A stretch of DNA of 64,000 bases from Perna viridis (taxonomy: Eukaryota). This document shows, piece by piece, positions 1-14,310 of this stretch; position 1 is the first letter of the stretch; the number at the start of each line of letters is the position of its first letter. A program made the translations under genes and the position numbers. The notes below the pieces were generated by a model. That model ran no database searches and was not told where the DNA came from. It saw nothing but the letters and a program-made list of their open reading frames with translations. The DNA is taken from contig CM074514.1 in assembly GCA_037379345.1 (NCBI GenBank), forward strand, positions 13,826,001 to 13,890,000. The letters are read 5' to 3'.

Positions 1-125
1 CTTTTTGCTACTTCACGTATCAGTTTTTCATCTGGTCTGTCTGAATCCCACACTAAGCCTATGCTGACAACATCAGGAGAATTCAGCAATGTCCTTCTTA
101 TTTGAACTCTCTTACCACAGTTACC
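1..125 (-). CDS. USP54: USP53/54-like deubiquitinase, coding exon 7 (runs off window edge)
   Basis: TCCAG acceptor at 126-130 (rc). Translates [41 protein letters not shown], matching the USP53/54 'CG...I.R.L.N.P....IGLVWDS' motif. Phase 0 fits the previous exon. Confidence 0.9.
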
Positions 126-480
126 CTGGAATCGAAAACTTAAACTTTGACTTTCAAAATTTATTGCATACAAATGAATTATTGAAATGATTAATGAGAT
201 GTTTTCTGTAGCAATAAAAGTTGTAACATCCTTTTATTTATTAATACCATTTTGTTTCTGTAAGTTCAACTTGCTATAATACAAACTAGAAAATCATATG
301 ACACCAATATCTCCTAGCACTGATAACATGTCATTCTGAAAAATTGATGAGTCTTTAAAATATCTTTAAAACCAATACACAACTTAGCAGGAAGCAATGC
401 AAATTAGTAAACTTTTTAAGTACAAATAAATCTCTTACAGAAGTGATATAGATAAAAACAGACGTTATTTGTTTACTTAC

Positions 481-586
481 GGGACAATCTCTGATATCTC
501 CAGCGGTCCCGGCAGTTCTTAACAACAGACCAAATCTGTCCGGGTGAATAGCATCACCAGTCTCTGACATTGAACGACAATGGGAT
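481..586 (-). CDS. USP54: USP53/54-like, coding exon 6
   Basis: CTACAG acceptor and GTAAGT donor. Translates SHCRSMSETGDAIHPDRFGLLLRTAGTAGDIRDCP, resembling the USP54 'FG.LL......GD.R.CP' segment. Phase 2 start fits exon 5. Confidence 0.9.
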
Positions 587-2096
587 CTGTAGGAGGACAA
601 ATACATTTTATTTATTCATTGAAGGTTACATTACAGGGAATTTCTTATCATTCTAGATGCCTCCTGAGATGTTCATAGTTTGTTTGAACAAATAGTAATG
701 AAAACTCATTATGGTAGTTCGCACATGAAGGCTTGATTTTCAAAGAGAATACAAGGTCACTACCATTGACTTTAGGCCGATCATTGACTGATTTACTACT
801 AATCTGTCCATGTTTATCAGTACTCTATAAAAAGGAACAAAATGAAGATCTCATATTAATCAGATCTTAGAAATACTCTGTAATGATCATAACAACTAAC
901 TAAGAATAACCTAACCACACCTAGAAATTAATCATCCTGTAACTACCTCTATGTACTGTAATACCTGATCTTACTTAAGTAGTTTGAACATGACAAGGTT
1001 GAAATGCATTTCCTGTAACATTTTTGGTGCAACATTATCCTGAGACAGTTAAATCCGTAAATTTCAATCAATATGAAAATGGAGGAAATTAACAAAAGGT
1101 GGGATAAAGTAAGATTAATGTCCATTTACAACTATAAAAGGATTCAAAGCCTTTATACAATCCAGATTAAACTTTCATGAAAGGGCCATCAGAGAGAGAT
1201 GAATCATATAAAATACACATTTAAGGCCTGAGTAGAGGTTTATCTACTACAACATTAATATTGCTCCATTAGATTTTGTTGGTTGGAAAGTCCAATAAAT
1301 ACTAAGTAGAAATGATAACCATCAAGGCAGAAAAACAAATTTGATGATGAAAGTTGATGACCTTTAATCAAAATGACAGTTTTCTTTGATATACTCTTTA
1401 AATACTCCTGAGTTAAGAGTCCTTTGTTGCTAACTATGTGTATTCACACTCTATTGCTAATTGATCAGCATCTTTCAAGTAATTAAATCTTCTTCATTTC
1501 ATTGGACTATATAAAAAATGTTGAATGCCCTAAGGTTAAAAACTCTAAAATTTGCTTTCAGGGAACAACTGAAATATCTTCTAACCCACCTGATGATAAA
1601 GACTACCAATCTTTTTCACCATTCAAGATTGATATCTTTGGAAAAGAAATGTTAGTTTGTGTAGTTCCTTATTTTCTGACAATGTTAAAAGTTGGAGCCT
1701 GCTTACTTGATACTTGTTCTATAACATCTATGGTGATACATAACTTCATTCGCTATTCAACTCTGATATTAAACCTATCTATCAAAAGCCAACCTCTTGG
1801 GGGATGGTATCTCAAGAATTTTAATCTTTTACCATATAAACAGCTGAAATTCAATCACAGATGTACACATGCTGATGGAGTGCTGTGATGGTATATACAG
1901 TTTTGTTCTCAGGGCAGTAATAAATATAAACATTTCAATACATCTTGTCCATCTCATTATTTGTTTTTTTCACCACCTTTGAGACTAATAAAAGCTGATA
2001 GGGACTGACAGAAATGGATGCCTTGCATGTCTATGACAAAACATTATGTTGTTATTTTTTTTCAGTGTTTCAATATTTGATGCATGCTATACTTAC

Positions 2097-2176
2097 AACA
2101 GAGAGTTTGTTGAAATGTAATGGACAAGTTCATGGAAAGTTAATGGGTCAGAACTGGCTCCACAGATACATACAAG
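2097..2176 (-). CDS. USP54: USP53/54-like, coding exon 5
   Basis: ATAG acceptor and GTAAGT donor. Translates LVCICGASSDPLTFHELVHYISTNSL, the conserved 'C..CGA.SDPL.F...VHYIS' motif. Too short for the ORF track. Confidence 0.92.
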
Positions 2177-2642
2177 CTATCAAAGGAAAATAATAGTGAT
2201 CTGAGTGTACATAATTATTCTTTATAATTGCCACTAAAAATATGAATACTGACATTCTTCTTTTTTCAAACTCATTAATTATGAATTCTAAAATCTGTAG
2301 CAGTTTCGATTTCAATATAAAAATTAATATGCGATCTTTAACGGTCACTCAATTTTATACTTGGTTTCAATACATAATTGATTCAGAGTTTGAAACTCTT
2401 TCAAACTAAAGCCTTCTTATCAAGATTGATAAATAAATTCATCCAATAACCAGCTTCAACACAATAATACCTTCATTTTATTTCAATTAAGCTGGACCAT
2501 TTAAGTCCATTGATTTGAGGTGAGCAAACACTGACCATAGCTTTGACTGGGTTTTTTCTAAACCACAATCAATAAAATTAAAGTGAATCAGAATGGACCA
2601 AAAATGGGTTTTAAGTATTAGACACAGGAAACTTAATTTTAC

Positions 2643-2756
2643 CTGATCAAATACAGTCATTGCAAACTTTTGATGTGGCAAACAATGGGGTGCTGAACAA
2701 GAATCTTCATGATATGCATTAGCAATGTGGAAATGGATTCTTCGCAATATATTTTC
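2643..2756 (-). CDS. USP54: USP53/54-like, coding exon 4
   Basis: TTAG acceptor and GTAAAA donor. 114 nt, ENILRRIHFHIANAYHEDSCSAPHCLPHQKFAMTVFDQ. Confidence 0.93.
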
Positions 2757-3108
2757 CTAAAAACAAATGTTACAAAGTTTTTAATTACATTGTACAATAT
2801 GTAAATAATGTCAGCTTTTATATTTTTACTACTTCACTTTATTAAATATTTGGGTATTGTAATACTTGAATGTATAAAAGCATTAAATAAAAAATAAATA
2901 TTAGCTATTGTATTTGTTATAATTAAAAAGGGCAAAACAACTTTGTGACAATTAACTATTGTTTTTTTTTATTATTTCATCATTGCACTATATGCATGAG
3001 GGAGCTTTAATCCATCATTTATGGTTCTATCAAAAGCATAGTTTCATTAATGTCCTAGAAAGTGTCCTTTATTTCATTACGAACTACAATCATAAATTTG
3101 TAACTTAC

Positions 3109-3243
3109 AAAACATTCTGCTGCATCATCCATATGACCTAACTGAAACCGCTGTTTGTTCATGAATGTTTCAGCGAGTGCTTTCCGCAAGGCATCAGGAG
3201 GTAATGATGCCTGGTCACTGTACTGATACTGGGTAAATATTAC
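3109..3243 (-). CDS. USP54: USP53/54-like, coding exon 3
   Basis: TTTTTAG acceptor and GTAAGT donor. 135 nt, [45 protein letters not shown], containing the [14 protein letters not shown] motif. Confidence 0.95.
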
Positions 3244-5605
3244 CTAAAAATTAGACAAACTCTAAGTACTAGAAGTATTTAAAGGTGCTTAATAATAAGT
3301 TGTAAAAATCAAGGAATATTAGAACAAGATTAAAAGAGTTTTGGCCTCAATAGGAAGAAGGAAATATTTTTTTACATCAAGCAAAGACAGAAGTTTCCTG
3401 GTTAATCTATCAACAAGATTTTAACATATATTTAGTATTCAGAGCAAGCATTGTAAATGTAAATAGTCCCAGTACAAATCCTGATCAAGGTGCTAAATAT
3501 TCATGACTTTCATCAATTTCCATTATGAAAACAAAATCACACTTTTTTGTTGACTTTCCATCAGGGCAAGATAACCATTTCACCATGGTGGGTCATCACC
3601 TGAAGCCTTAACAATTTTTGTTTAAATCGGTGCTTGACCACGATGCTGACACCTTGAACAAGCCTGCTTTAAAAACCCATGACACCTGGATCAACAAAGG
3701 ACTTTCAGGTGGACATAAAAGAATCTGAATGACCAGGTAAAATGATCTTCCCATCAATACACCTAGCCATGGATCTAATTTCATGCTTATTCTGTCTTTG
3801 ATAGGTTTTATTACATATCAAAGCATTAAACAGTGACTTCAATGGTTCTTCTAGTTAAGTTTTCTGTAATAGAACCTATCAAGGCTCAATTTTCCAATTT
3901 CTTTACCTATATAACAGTACATTAAGCTGGTCAATGTGACAAAATAAACTGTTATATAGGCAATAAAATGGATCAAAGTAACTTAGATAGGTAAACTTTA
4001 CCAATCATACAACTACTGGCACCACAAGTAGTTATACTACCTAATATTTATTGACATACTGACAAGTTTATACCTGTATTTGCAATATTTATATTTATTA
4101 GATTTTGAGCTATGATATTGAGTTCACTGAAAACCTATGCCCTGAATGGACTGAGTAGATTTTTGAAGACGAAACTAAGACCATCAGTTACTTATTGAAA
4201 TCCTTGAAAAAAGGCCTTATCTAAAAAATTCAGACTTCAGCAGAACATTGATATCATATTTTTTTTTCTCAGAAATATACAAAAGTTAGGAATTTTTGTT
4301 GGTCCATTACAAGTAATGTATTCTAAAATGTAATTCTTGTAAACATGTCAATGACATTATGCATATGATCATTAAAAATCAACTACTTTAACCTCCTTTG
4401 CATCCAATAACTCATCAGAAAAGTACTATTAATATTTCCCATGGGTTTAGAAAAGTAAACAAGAACTATGGTCTGATACATGCATAAAGAAAATAATGTA
4501 GCATGATTATCTGATTATAAAATTTGATTTAATATTCAAAGGCCTGTACTGCATTAATTTCTATTTAATGTTCAGCACTTTTGATTGTTCTTTTGAACAT
4601 ATCCTTGAATGAAAGGATAAGCAGATCAATATGCAAGTAACAAAAGAAACCCCTTTACTTTAAAATCTAATAATATATGCAACTAAATATGTTAAAGTCA
4701 TTATTAGGAAAAACCTGTTGAAACATATCAATACATATGTATAATAAATGTATAAATCAAAATTAAGTTTGATAGAAATCTGTCAAGTTTTGACATATAC
4801 TTATCAAAACTGTATCAATTTTTGCACATTTAAACTGTAATTGTAATTGTTTAGACATTGAATATACAATATGTTACAGATCAGTTAATATGTATCAACT
4901 TTTTTTTCATTGGGTATCAACTAAATCATTGTAACCTTTAATTAAATGTAGATTAGGCTCTATCAATAAAATCAACTCAAAACAGGTTTTACAAACTCGA
5001 TCTAATATTATATGTGTTGAGAAAGCAATTTTTTCTGTTTGATATTTTGGGAAAAAAAGTTTTTCTAATTCTGAGCATTGACATTAATCCAATTTAAAAT
5101 TAAATTACAGTATTCATTTAGAAGAGAAATTGAAAAGATATTCCTTAATTGAACTGTCTTGATCCCTATCTAATTTGATGTCTCCATTGAAATATAAAAC
5201 ATTATTTACTAACTTTACTACATCCAACATTAAAGTACTTTAAAGGGAGATAATTACAGTGAAAACAAGTCAGACATTCAGATAAGGTTTATAATGAGTC
5301 AGAATTAATCAGATAAAACCTTCAATGACCCACACAGGTACATAAAGGTAGATATATATACCTTGATTATGATCGGACAGTCTGCTTTTGTTCACAGTTA
5401 CTCACTTGGGTAACGCCAAAGTGACGTGTGCCATATAAACAGCAGTTTGCCATGATTGCCAATTTACAAGTTTAATTATCGATATAAATCAATTAACAAA
5501 GTTTAATTTTATTTAAAGGCATGAATTTGACACAAATACAATCATGCTGCTATAATAAATCAGTCAAGTTCCTTCCACTCAATTAAGGGAAAATAAGGGA
5601 CTTAC

Positions 5606-5698
5606 CTTTAATGCACAAAATATACAGGAGTTCCCCATACATAAATGTCCTGTCAAGCGACGATAACTACGCCGAAACACATCTAAATGCCAAAACAC
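5606..5698 (-). CDS. USP54: USP53/54-like, coding exon 2
   Basis: TTTCAG acceptor and GTAAGT donor. 93 nt, [31 protein letters not shown]. Confidence 0.95.
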
Positions 5699-6672
5699 CT
5701 GAAAATAAGAGAACAACCTTTTTTCAAAATCAGAATGAAAGCAGAAAAATTTCCTTTTAGATATAACAAAAGTCATATGAAAGTTATTGTCAATTAAGAA
5801 AGTAACAAATCACAGATATGGTTTTTACCTTAAAAACTATACTTTCAGCACACATGTTGTTCCATGAATTTGTCTTAATATGAAACAGGTATTACAAACA
5901 TTACATCATTATCAAATAGTGTTTTGTTTAACAATCAACTGAATCACATCAAAGTGTTCAATTGTCTTTCGGCTCCTACAGTATTAGTCAGCTTTGAAAA
6001 TATACCTGCGTATACATAAAAATGGAATATTGATTGCTTCAGTTTCAACATCTGTGTTTGTACGTGACCTCAGAAGTTCTATTTTACGCATGTATATATA
6101 TGTCAATACTAAATTCAATAGTGAGTGGGAAAAATGAATGAATTTTCTATTGACATTATTAGTTAATTCAAAAACTGAAACTCTACAGTCAGACTAAATT
6201 GGAACAGACCAAGGACCAGACTTAGAAATTACATCACCAGAGTTTATTCAAGGATACATTTGATTATAATCACCATAACCAATCAATTTTACCTGCCACT
6301 GGAATCAATAGTATCAGGCTGCAATAACTGGAGATACAGGAAGAGTCTGTTGCTACCTTTAATCTTGACAGGTAGTTAAAATGCCCATCCTGTATCATGT
6401 TCTACTATGAGTTAATGTTATGACAAAGTTGTCTACTTGATTGAACAAAATAGACATAATGTAATCCTCTATCATCATCTGAACATTTATAATACATTTA
6501 CAATGCAATGTATGTATCTTTCAAGTAACATTGATATTACAACACCCTCAACTGGATGCAGCTACATTTTTGTTCATTGCATACTAACAGTACTTACACA
6601 TGCAAGCAAATATCTTTGATTTTATTACCTAAGAAGAATTTACACAGGCACGTGAAATGAAAGTGGCTTACT

Positions 6673-6834
6673 AGGGGCGGATCCAGGATTTGAGTTTAGG
6701 GGGGTATTAATTGAATTAAATGCGGTGTAAAGCAAGGCAAAAAATTTTATTGGGTGAAACTTGTGGTGAAAAAAGTTTTTCTTACCGATTTAGGGGGGCG
6801 CACACCCCGTACGCCAGTCCTACAATCCGCGCCT
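6673..6834. mobile_element. MITE (AGGGGCGGATCC...ATCCGCGCCT type) with 7-bp TSD
   Basis: Imperfect terminal inverted repeats AGGGGCGGAT/ATCCGCGCCT. Flanked by the direct repeat GCTTACT at 6666-6672 and 6835-6841. GC-rich island in an AT-rich intron. Confidence 0.8.
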
Positions 6835-9800
6835 GCTTACTGTTTTGTTAATGCAGTGATAATGGTACTTCTTAACTGAGTCCACAAATTTAGGTTTGCA
6901 ATGTCACATGACTCTATTTTGATATTAAAACTAGCAATTCAGCTTTCATGTCAACTAAATGCATTCATAAAAACGTTTTGTTCAAATCTTGCTAAAATGA
7001 CATAAAATAAACCCCTCCGGAAATTATTTGTTTGATCAAGGACCATAGGTGACCCATTTTTTACACTGTTACTACAAAGCACCTGTTAGAAGATCTTACC
7101 TTTGACGAGTCGATTTCCGGCCTCCCACTCCCTTCAGATCAAGTCATTTTTATACAACCACTTAAAATCTTTTTATTCAAATTTGTCAATAGGGTCAGGA
7201 TCTTTGAATAAAAGTTAATTTTTTTAACACCGTCCTCTTGCCAATTATTCAAAAGCTGAGTGTCACAAATGGATCATCTTCTTGATGGAACAATTACTTA
7301 ATGCACCAACAAGCTACAATTACACAGCTTGATACCATGTCTTCCTTAAAAAGGGTTTTAGAATACTCATTCTTTTCTAACTGTTTTTAGCCTTGAAGGC
7401 ATATGAGTATTAGAAGTTACAGTTATAAATGAGCATTCTAGCCAGAATTTAACGGCACTGGGATAAAGGGATAACCTTGACTGACTACCACAAGTACTTT
7501 CATATTCAGGAAGATTAACGTAAAGGAAACATAAAGGAAACAACACTCATTTAGTACCTGAAGATTTCAAATTTTCATAAAACACAAATATAGCACAATC
7601 AATTATACCAAGGTCATAATAGATTTCCGGTTAAAGATGTTATCAAGTAAAACCATTCATTTATATCATAGAATTATTATTGTGTAATCTGAACACTTCA
7701 AAGTTACTTCACAGGAAACAGCTGACAAAACACTTTCACAAGATTTATTTGGGTGAAATGATGAGATTTTATAGCACTAGTTCTTTTTTTCAAATTATCA
7801 AATCAGATAAGAATAAAACAGGGTTAACTTAAGGTTTGAATTTCAATGATGTGTGTCTCTTGAATTAAGAGTGCTTATAAACCTATTTTAAACATATTTT
7901 GTGAAAACTAAAACAGACCTGTTTGTATAAAAACTGCTGTGAACTGAAACATTTTTACAAGACCAGACTAAACACTTTATCCAGACCTGATATAACACAA
8001 TATGAAAACTGAAAATGTTTGATTTCTTTTTTTTTTTTTCAAAATATGCACTTTATAATAAAGTATCATTTCTTTCTTCTTGTGTACTACCAAACCACAC
8101 ACTCAAGTACTGGCAGATACATCTACTATTGATGTAGATTAAATTTCATTACAAAAGAGAAATATTCATGTCCTCCCTTAATTCATCTCTGATACATATG
8201 AAAAACTTAATTTAAAAACTTTCATGTTCCAATTTGTATCAATTTATCTTTATTAGTTTTTCCTTATCATATTACTTTTGTACTTGCAATCTTAAATGGT
8301 TAGGTCATACAATTAAGCAAAGTTTAAGGCATCCAATTTCTTTTTATTATCGCAAAAATGAGGACTAATTGATGAAAAAATATTTAGTACCTTTAACCTT
8401 TGTATACTGCTATCAGATAGATACAAGGTCTGGGTTTTGTTCCAGAGGTGTGCTATATTAAGTTTAAGACCAAGATAACACACTAAAGATTACTAAAGTT
8501 CCTTGTATAAAATGTTGTTTTTAATTAATAACAAGGAGTTCTCAATATAATATAATTTAGAAAACATTTCAAAACTTTAAAAATCTTGAGGCAGACATCC
8601 ATGTTGTTTATTGAGAGTTTTTTTTAAAGAATTTTTTATGGGCTGACCAATATACATTTATATTCTTACTCATTTTCACTAAAGAAATAGGAAAGAAAGG
8701 CAAAGTTTTAATGAAATCTATCATACACATTATAAATAAAGGTACTAAATGATTTCTTTCACTTCAACAAATGTGTCATCCAATTAAGTAAATATTGTGG
8801 CCATTCCAATTGAGATTTCAGCCAATGTCTGTTGTTTAGGATCAGTTGACTTACATCACTCTAGTGTAACATAAACTTGTTATATGTTAAATGTTTTGAG
8901 GATATGTCAACAATTATATATTCCAATATTTGACGATGTTTGTTGTTATTCTCACCCATTCATTATTGATATGTGTTGTTGTTTGTTTGTACATTTTTGT
9001 CAATATAAAAATATTTACAAAGCCACATAGTGTCCACTTGAGATAAGTAATACCGGTGTTATAACATTAAGGGGGGATAATTACACAATTACTTCAAAAT
9101 TGTCAAAAGATTTATTTACTATTTTAGTGCCAATACTAGGGCTTAACCTCATTTAAGCTTTTAAGTAAACAGTTCTTAAAATCTAAAGACTAAATCAGAA
9201 AATTTTCAAGCAGAATATCAACTTGATGGTTTTAGTGTTCTTTTAAAACTAACCCTAAGTAGTTAAAGAACTGAAGAAGTTTAAAAAAGACGCCATTTTG
9301 ATTACTTTTTTTTTCATGTCAAAATTTAAAATCTATGCAGTCAGATTTATATAGTAAAGCAATCATTATATGTTAATGAATTATATTGAATAATGTTGTA
9401 TGGTTATATTAGAATGAAGTTTTATGACAATTAAATGACACCATGTCATCTCATCAATCCTTGAATGGCTGACATAAGATTGTAATTTAACTGTCCTCAA
9501 CCCATTCTATGATGCTAAATCAATAAATTTCTTCCAACTTTTCCTGAATACAGAATTAACTTCTCTATACACCCTATCATTTAGCTGCAGGTAAATTTTA
9601 TTCGTTAAGGTGCAAAATTGATGAACAGTGATGTAATATGCCCTGAGGTTGACACTTGAAACTTGTAAATCTGGCCAAAATCTGACCTAATTTTGCATTC
9701 AAGTTGTAAATACCAAATACTAACTAATTTCTGAGCTCATGGAGCATGACCATTGTCCTGGACACAATATTTCCAACCTACTTGCAGGCAAATGCAACAT

Positions 9801-12800
9801 ACCAAAATATGTCCTCAATTACTGATCATGAATTATTTGGAAATCATTGCTTTTTGAACTGAGGAAAAAGAAATTAAAATTTTAGATAAATACTGGTTAT
9901 TATTGATGACTGACTGTCACATATTACTTAGCAATATTTTGGTTTTTAGGAAATTTGATACCAAATATCAGACATGACAATTGAATTATATGCAAAAGAA
10001 ACATAAATTTTCTGCAATGAAGTTTGCAATGCAGCATTTCATACCTAGAATCAAACCATAAAATAGGTAGCATATTTCATACACATGCCATAAAAGTTTC
10101 ATAAAAAGTACAGATTTAGAGGGACAGACATTAAAAGGAACAATGGGCAGAAAATTGCCATATTCAAGCTGTTGTCTGTAAGCAGCAGGTGGCCAGTATT
10201 TAGTCCTCCTATTGACACAACTCTACCTGGGTGATTGATTCCACTAACAAAAAAAATCAATGTCTCTTTACATCAGAACAAAGCTTTTATCAATAATATC
10301 ATAAAGTCTTATAAAAAACTGCTTCTTGTAGTATCTACAACTGGTCTTGTCTAAGCTTGGTTTGGGTGTAGCATTACTCTCTATTTAGTTTCATCATGCT
10401 AGTGTGGAAATTGAATCAAATATCATAATATTGACAATACTCAACAGTGTATGTAGAAGGCCTTCAGCTAACTGGAGACAATATGTTGGGACAGTATGTC
10501 TGGACAACAGTATTATTATATCATTTATGTAAACATGTATGTTGAATGTCATATTCCAATAATCTAGTTATTACAGCTTCATGATCTTATTCCTGTACAT
10601 GTATATCTAATATACATGTATATTCAGTTCTCTAGTTCAAGAAAACAGGACATGTATTTAAAACAGGCCTAAAAAAAATAACCACTGCAACAATATTTGC
10701 AATATTTGGAGGCTAAAAGAAACATGAGACTCATCTGGCAAAAATGTGTTAGTATATGTAGCTGAATACTAGTTCCCACATATCATTTTATTTTCAAAAT
10801 CTATGATGATTTTTGTTTCAAGTGTAATCAATAGTATATAACATAAAAATGAAAAAAAAAATTTTTTCTCCATTTTATGCCTGTACCAGAGACTAAAAAG
10901 TTGTTGATGTCTGTGTAGAGGGTTAACAAGAGCAACTTAAAGACCTTGGGAACTTTTCATCTCAGACCCATTTACTACATTGAAGTATCTGGCCAGGTTT
11001 AAACAACCTAAAATCTTTAATACTTAAGTACTTGTTTAAAGCTATTTTATCAATTGGAGAAGTTTACTTTAGAAATGCTTTGTCATTACTTTGGAAAACA
11101 CATCTATGATAGCTAGTTTGTCAAATATAACCATCATTTTCTAATTTGTTCATTTCTGCCATGTCAGAACCAAAAGATAATTTCTTCATTTTACAGGTAC
11201 AAGTTTAGTCTGAATAGAACAAGTACTTAGCACTTTTTTATCAAGGGGGCTATCACAATGGAGTGTAAATGTTCCTATTGTAGCGGAAGTGTCGCCCTCC
11301 AGGTAACTCATAGGTAAACTTTTGTTGGGACTAATTAGATTTTTAAAAGAAGCCTGGTCTGTACAAGTTGGCTCTTGTCCATCTTTTAACATTTAAAACA
11401 CACCAGGGTTTTCCAATAAGATTGTAATATTGATTAAATCTTTGACCAATCCCTGTAAAATTTCCTGTAAATATCAATGTTCTTCAGGTAAAGGGAGATA
11501 ATTTATAGCTGTAACATATGCATTGACCAATCTTAATTTTTGTTTCAATTACCAAAATTTGATTTCCGTTCCAACCAAATAAAAAGTATAAATTCAAATC
11601 AATTTCTAATTTTAACAAATACATGATAATTTTTCTTCTTTTAAATTTTTTATGAATTAATGGAAATGGTGCAGATTTTCACTTCTCATGCATAAAAATA
11701 TCACAAACAATTTAGCACTTGATATGATAAAGAGTGAAAGGTAAACTTATTAGTCATCAACCCATATATGGATTGCAGGGCCTATGTTCATTTCACATAC
11801 TCTGTGACTAATCCTCATTTGTCAATTTTCAACAAGATGTCAAAACTTGAGGGTCCCTTTTAAAAAAGTAACTGATAAATAGAAAGAGAGAAATGAAATG
11901 TGAATAATTCAGTGATGACCTGTCCAGAGATGACAAATCTCCCCATCAGTGCTAGACATGTCACCTCAATGACAGGGCCTAATTATCACATTTACTTTCA
12001 ATGATTAGTATATGTAATTGTGATTAAGGTAATTTTTATCTAAACAAGGTTAAGTCTTGTTGTTTCACAAGGCGAACAAGGTTTCCAGTCCTCTAATGAC
12101 TGGTTACGATGTATGACTAACAATAAAACAAACAAGAAAATGACCATTTTAACTGCTGGTACATTATTGTACCCATATTATCTATGACAAAAGGAAGAAG
12201 ATATGATCATATGCCTAAAAATTCTTTTAAATGTTTTGCAATTTTCTGAACCATAACAAAAAATCTGTGTTTTGTCTTATTGTCTTTTAATTGTTTAAAA
12301 TGTATTTCAAAAATTGCTTTATAATAATGAAACAATCTACAGTACTGATTATTGTAAGATAAACAAAGAAAATATGAAAATTGACGCAAGATGTGGTTCC
12401 TTTTGTATTTAAAAATTCTTTTCTAACAAATCAAAATTCTTCTGAATAGAAGCTGACTTGCTGTTTCTTTTGATTTTTTTTAGTCATTAGATACCATCTT
12501 AACTACTAAAACACTGCCCAGTCAAAGAATTCTGGACAACAAAAATTTTCCAATATCTTTATTTCCTTTCCACAATTTTTCTATATCCACTTATCAACCA
12601 TTTTCCTTTAATTGTGAATGTAAAATTTTAAATGACTGCAGTCTAACAGTTATATTAAATAGAGCCTTTGTTATTGGAACAGATCTGTTTTTGACTATTG
12701 CTATTCTAACAACAATAGTTGTATTCTGTTTACTCTATCAGCCAGTCCGAAATCAGAAATAATTATACACAAAGTTCTTTTAATAGGACTTTCAAAAAGA

Positions 12801-14157
12801 CCTAAGTCTCATCTTTAACACAAAGTGACCAACGATCCATCTCGACCTTGTTTGTTTGTGGGATACAGAGACACTTTTATAGTAAAAATGATATGGACAT
12901 CTGTCTAGCCCTGGCGCAACAGGCTACAATAACTAACTGACCAAGCCCTTTGTGTACAAATCCTGAAACCTGTGGTATTAAAAAACCAAATCAGTCATTA
13001 TTAAACTGACACAAATCTGCCAAAATGTTCATTATTTTGATTTGAAAAAGTAAACGAAGTGAATAAAAGAAAGAAAAACATAATCCAGGGACAATATTGA
13101 CACAACTGTGTCAAGATCAGGACACCATATGACCAATCTGTAACTGTACGGTACCAACAGTTTGTAAAACTGGTGACCTGTTAGTTTAAAAGATTAACTA
13201 CAAGGTTATACATTTTCATAACAAATCTAGGGGGTAATTTATACAGCTTATCACACCATCCTCACAAGGGCAGATAATTCAAAAAAAGAAAATTGTTCCT
13301 TGAAGTAGTCAGCTCTCTGATATGATAGTGTACTGGAAGTATGTTTTTCCTGGTGTCAGATTGAACAGTCTCTTCATCACCGATCAGATAGAGAATATAG
13401 TAAACACACAGCTTGACACATAGAGAACTAACTAATAAAGATGAGGGAAGTTTTTTTTGCTCAAACCTATACATCTTTACACCCATTAACATTCTTTTAT
13501 ATGTACATGTAATATACATGTACCTGGTCATAGACAATAACAGTGCACCAACTTGACATACAACAAATGAGGCTTAGAACCGCAGGAAAATGCAGTGCAA
13601 AGCTCCAGTTCGAGCTGAATTTATATATTAAATTACGTACTGTAGCAAAATTTTTATTAGCAAAAGTTTTTTCTTCAAAACGGACAACATCCTGGCAACT
13701 AAAAACAATATACACGTAATGTTGAACAAAAGAAAAATTATTTTCAGTCAGTGACTGTATATCCCTTGTAAATATAAGGTCAATGCATTTTGACTGCTCA
13801 AATAGAACAGTGGTAGTATAAACATAGTTCGATGATCAATAAAACAAAATATAAAACCATATTAATTTGTAATTTGTTCAAAGTCATTGCTTACGTTTAT
13901 CGGTGGCTTGTTTTATTCTCATAATTCAAGCCACACACGGTTTTAAGACAGTTTACAAGTATTTGAAAAGTTTATAACAATATAAACATGTACTTGTAAA
14001 GTAATATTTTACCAAAAACATAACTTTAGTTCATATGAGCCTCCTAGTGAAGTCTATAACAGTTTATTGAACTAAGTTTTAGTAAAGCACAAGTACATGT
14101 ACATGGATCCCAGTTAGCACGAAATGCTAAACAGATAAAAGAATATGTATCACTTAC

Positions 14158-14310
14158 TTGGACAGCACTATTGAGAAAGCAGTTGTTTTCTCCAGGAGCA
14201 TTTCTGAGACCTTTAGCAGAGAACTGTACACTCTGGTGTCTATCCAAGGTGTCATACCAGTTTGGCTGTGACTGGTTCCCTGGTGGAAGTGGACCTTCCA
14301 TATTATCCAT
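14158..14310 (-). CDS. USP54: USP53/54-like, first coding exon with catalytic Cys box
   Basis: MDNMEGPLPPG...SAKGLRNAPGENNCFLNSAVQ followed by a GTAAGT donor. GL.N.PG.N.CFLNSA.Q is the USP53/54/echinus Cys box. TTCAG acceptor at about 14376-14380 upstream of the ATG. Confidence 0.93.

Noticed and set aside
1502-1888. 128-aa plus-strand ORF
   Set aside because: TTG start, antisense within a USP intron, no motifs or splice support.
4146-4185. Hammerhead-like ATGGA CTGAGTA...GAC GAAAC...CCAT
   Set aside because: The core is CTGAGTA rather than CTGANGA, stem II is mismatched and there is no NUH cleavage triplet.
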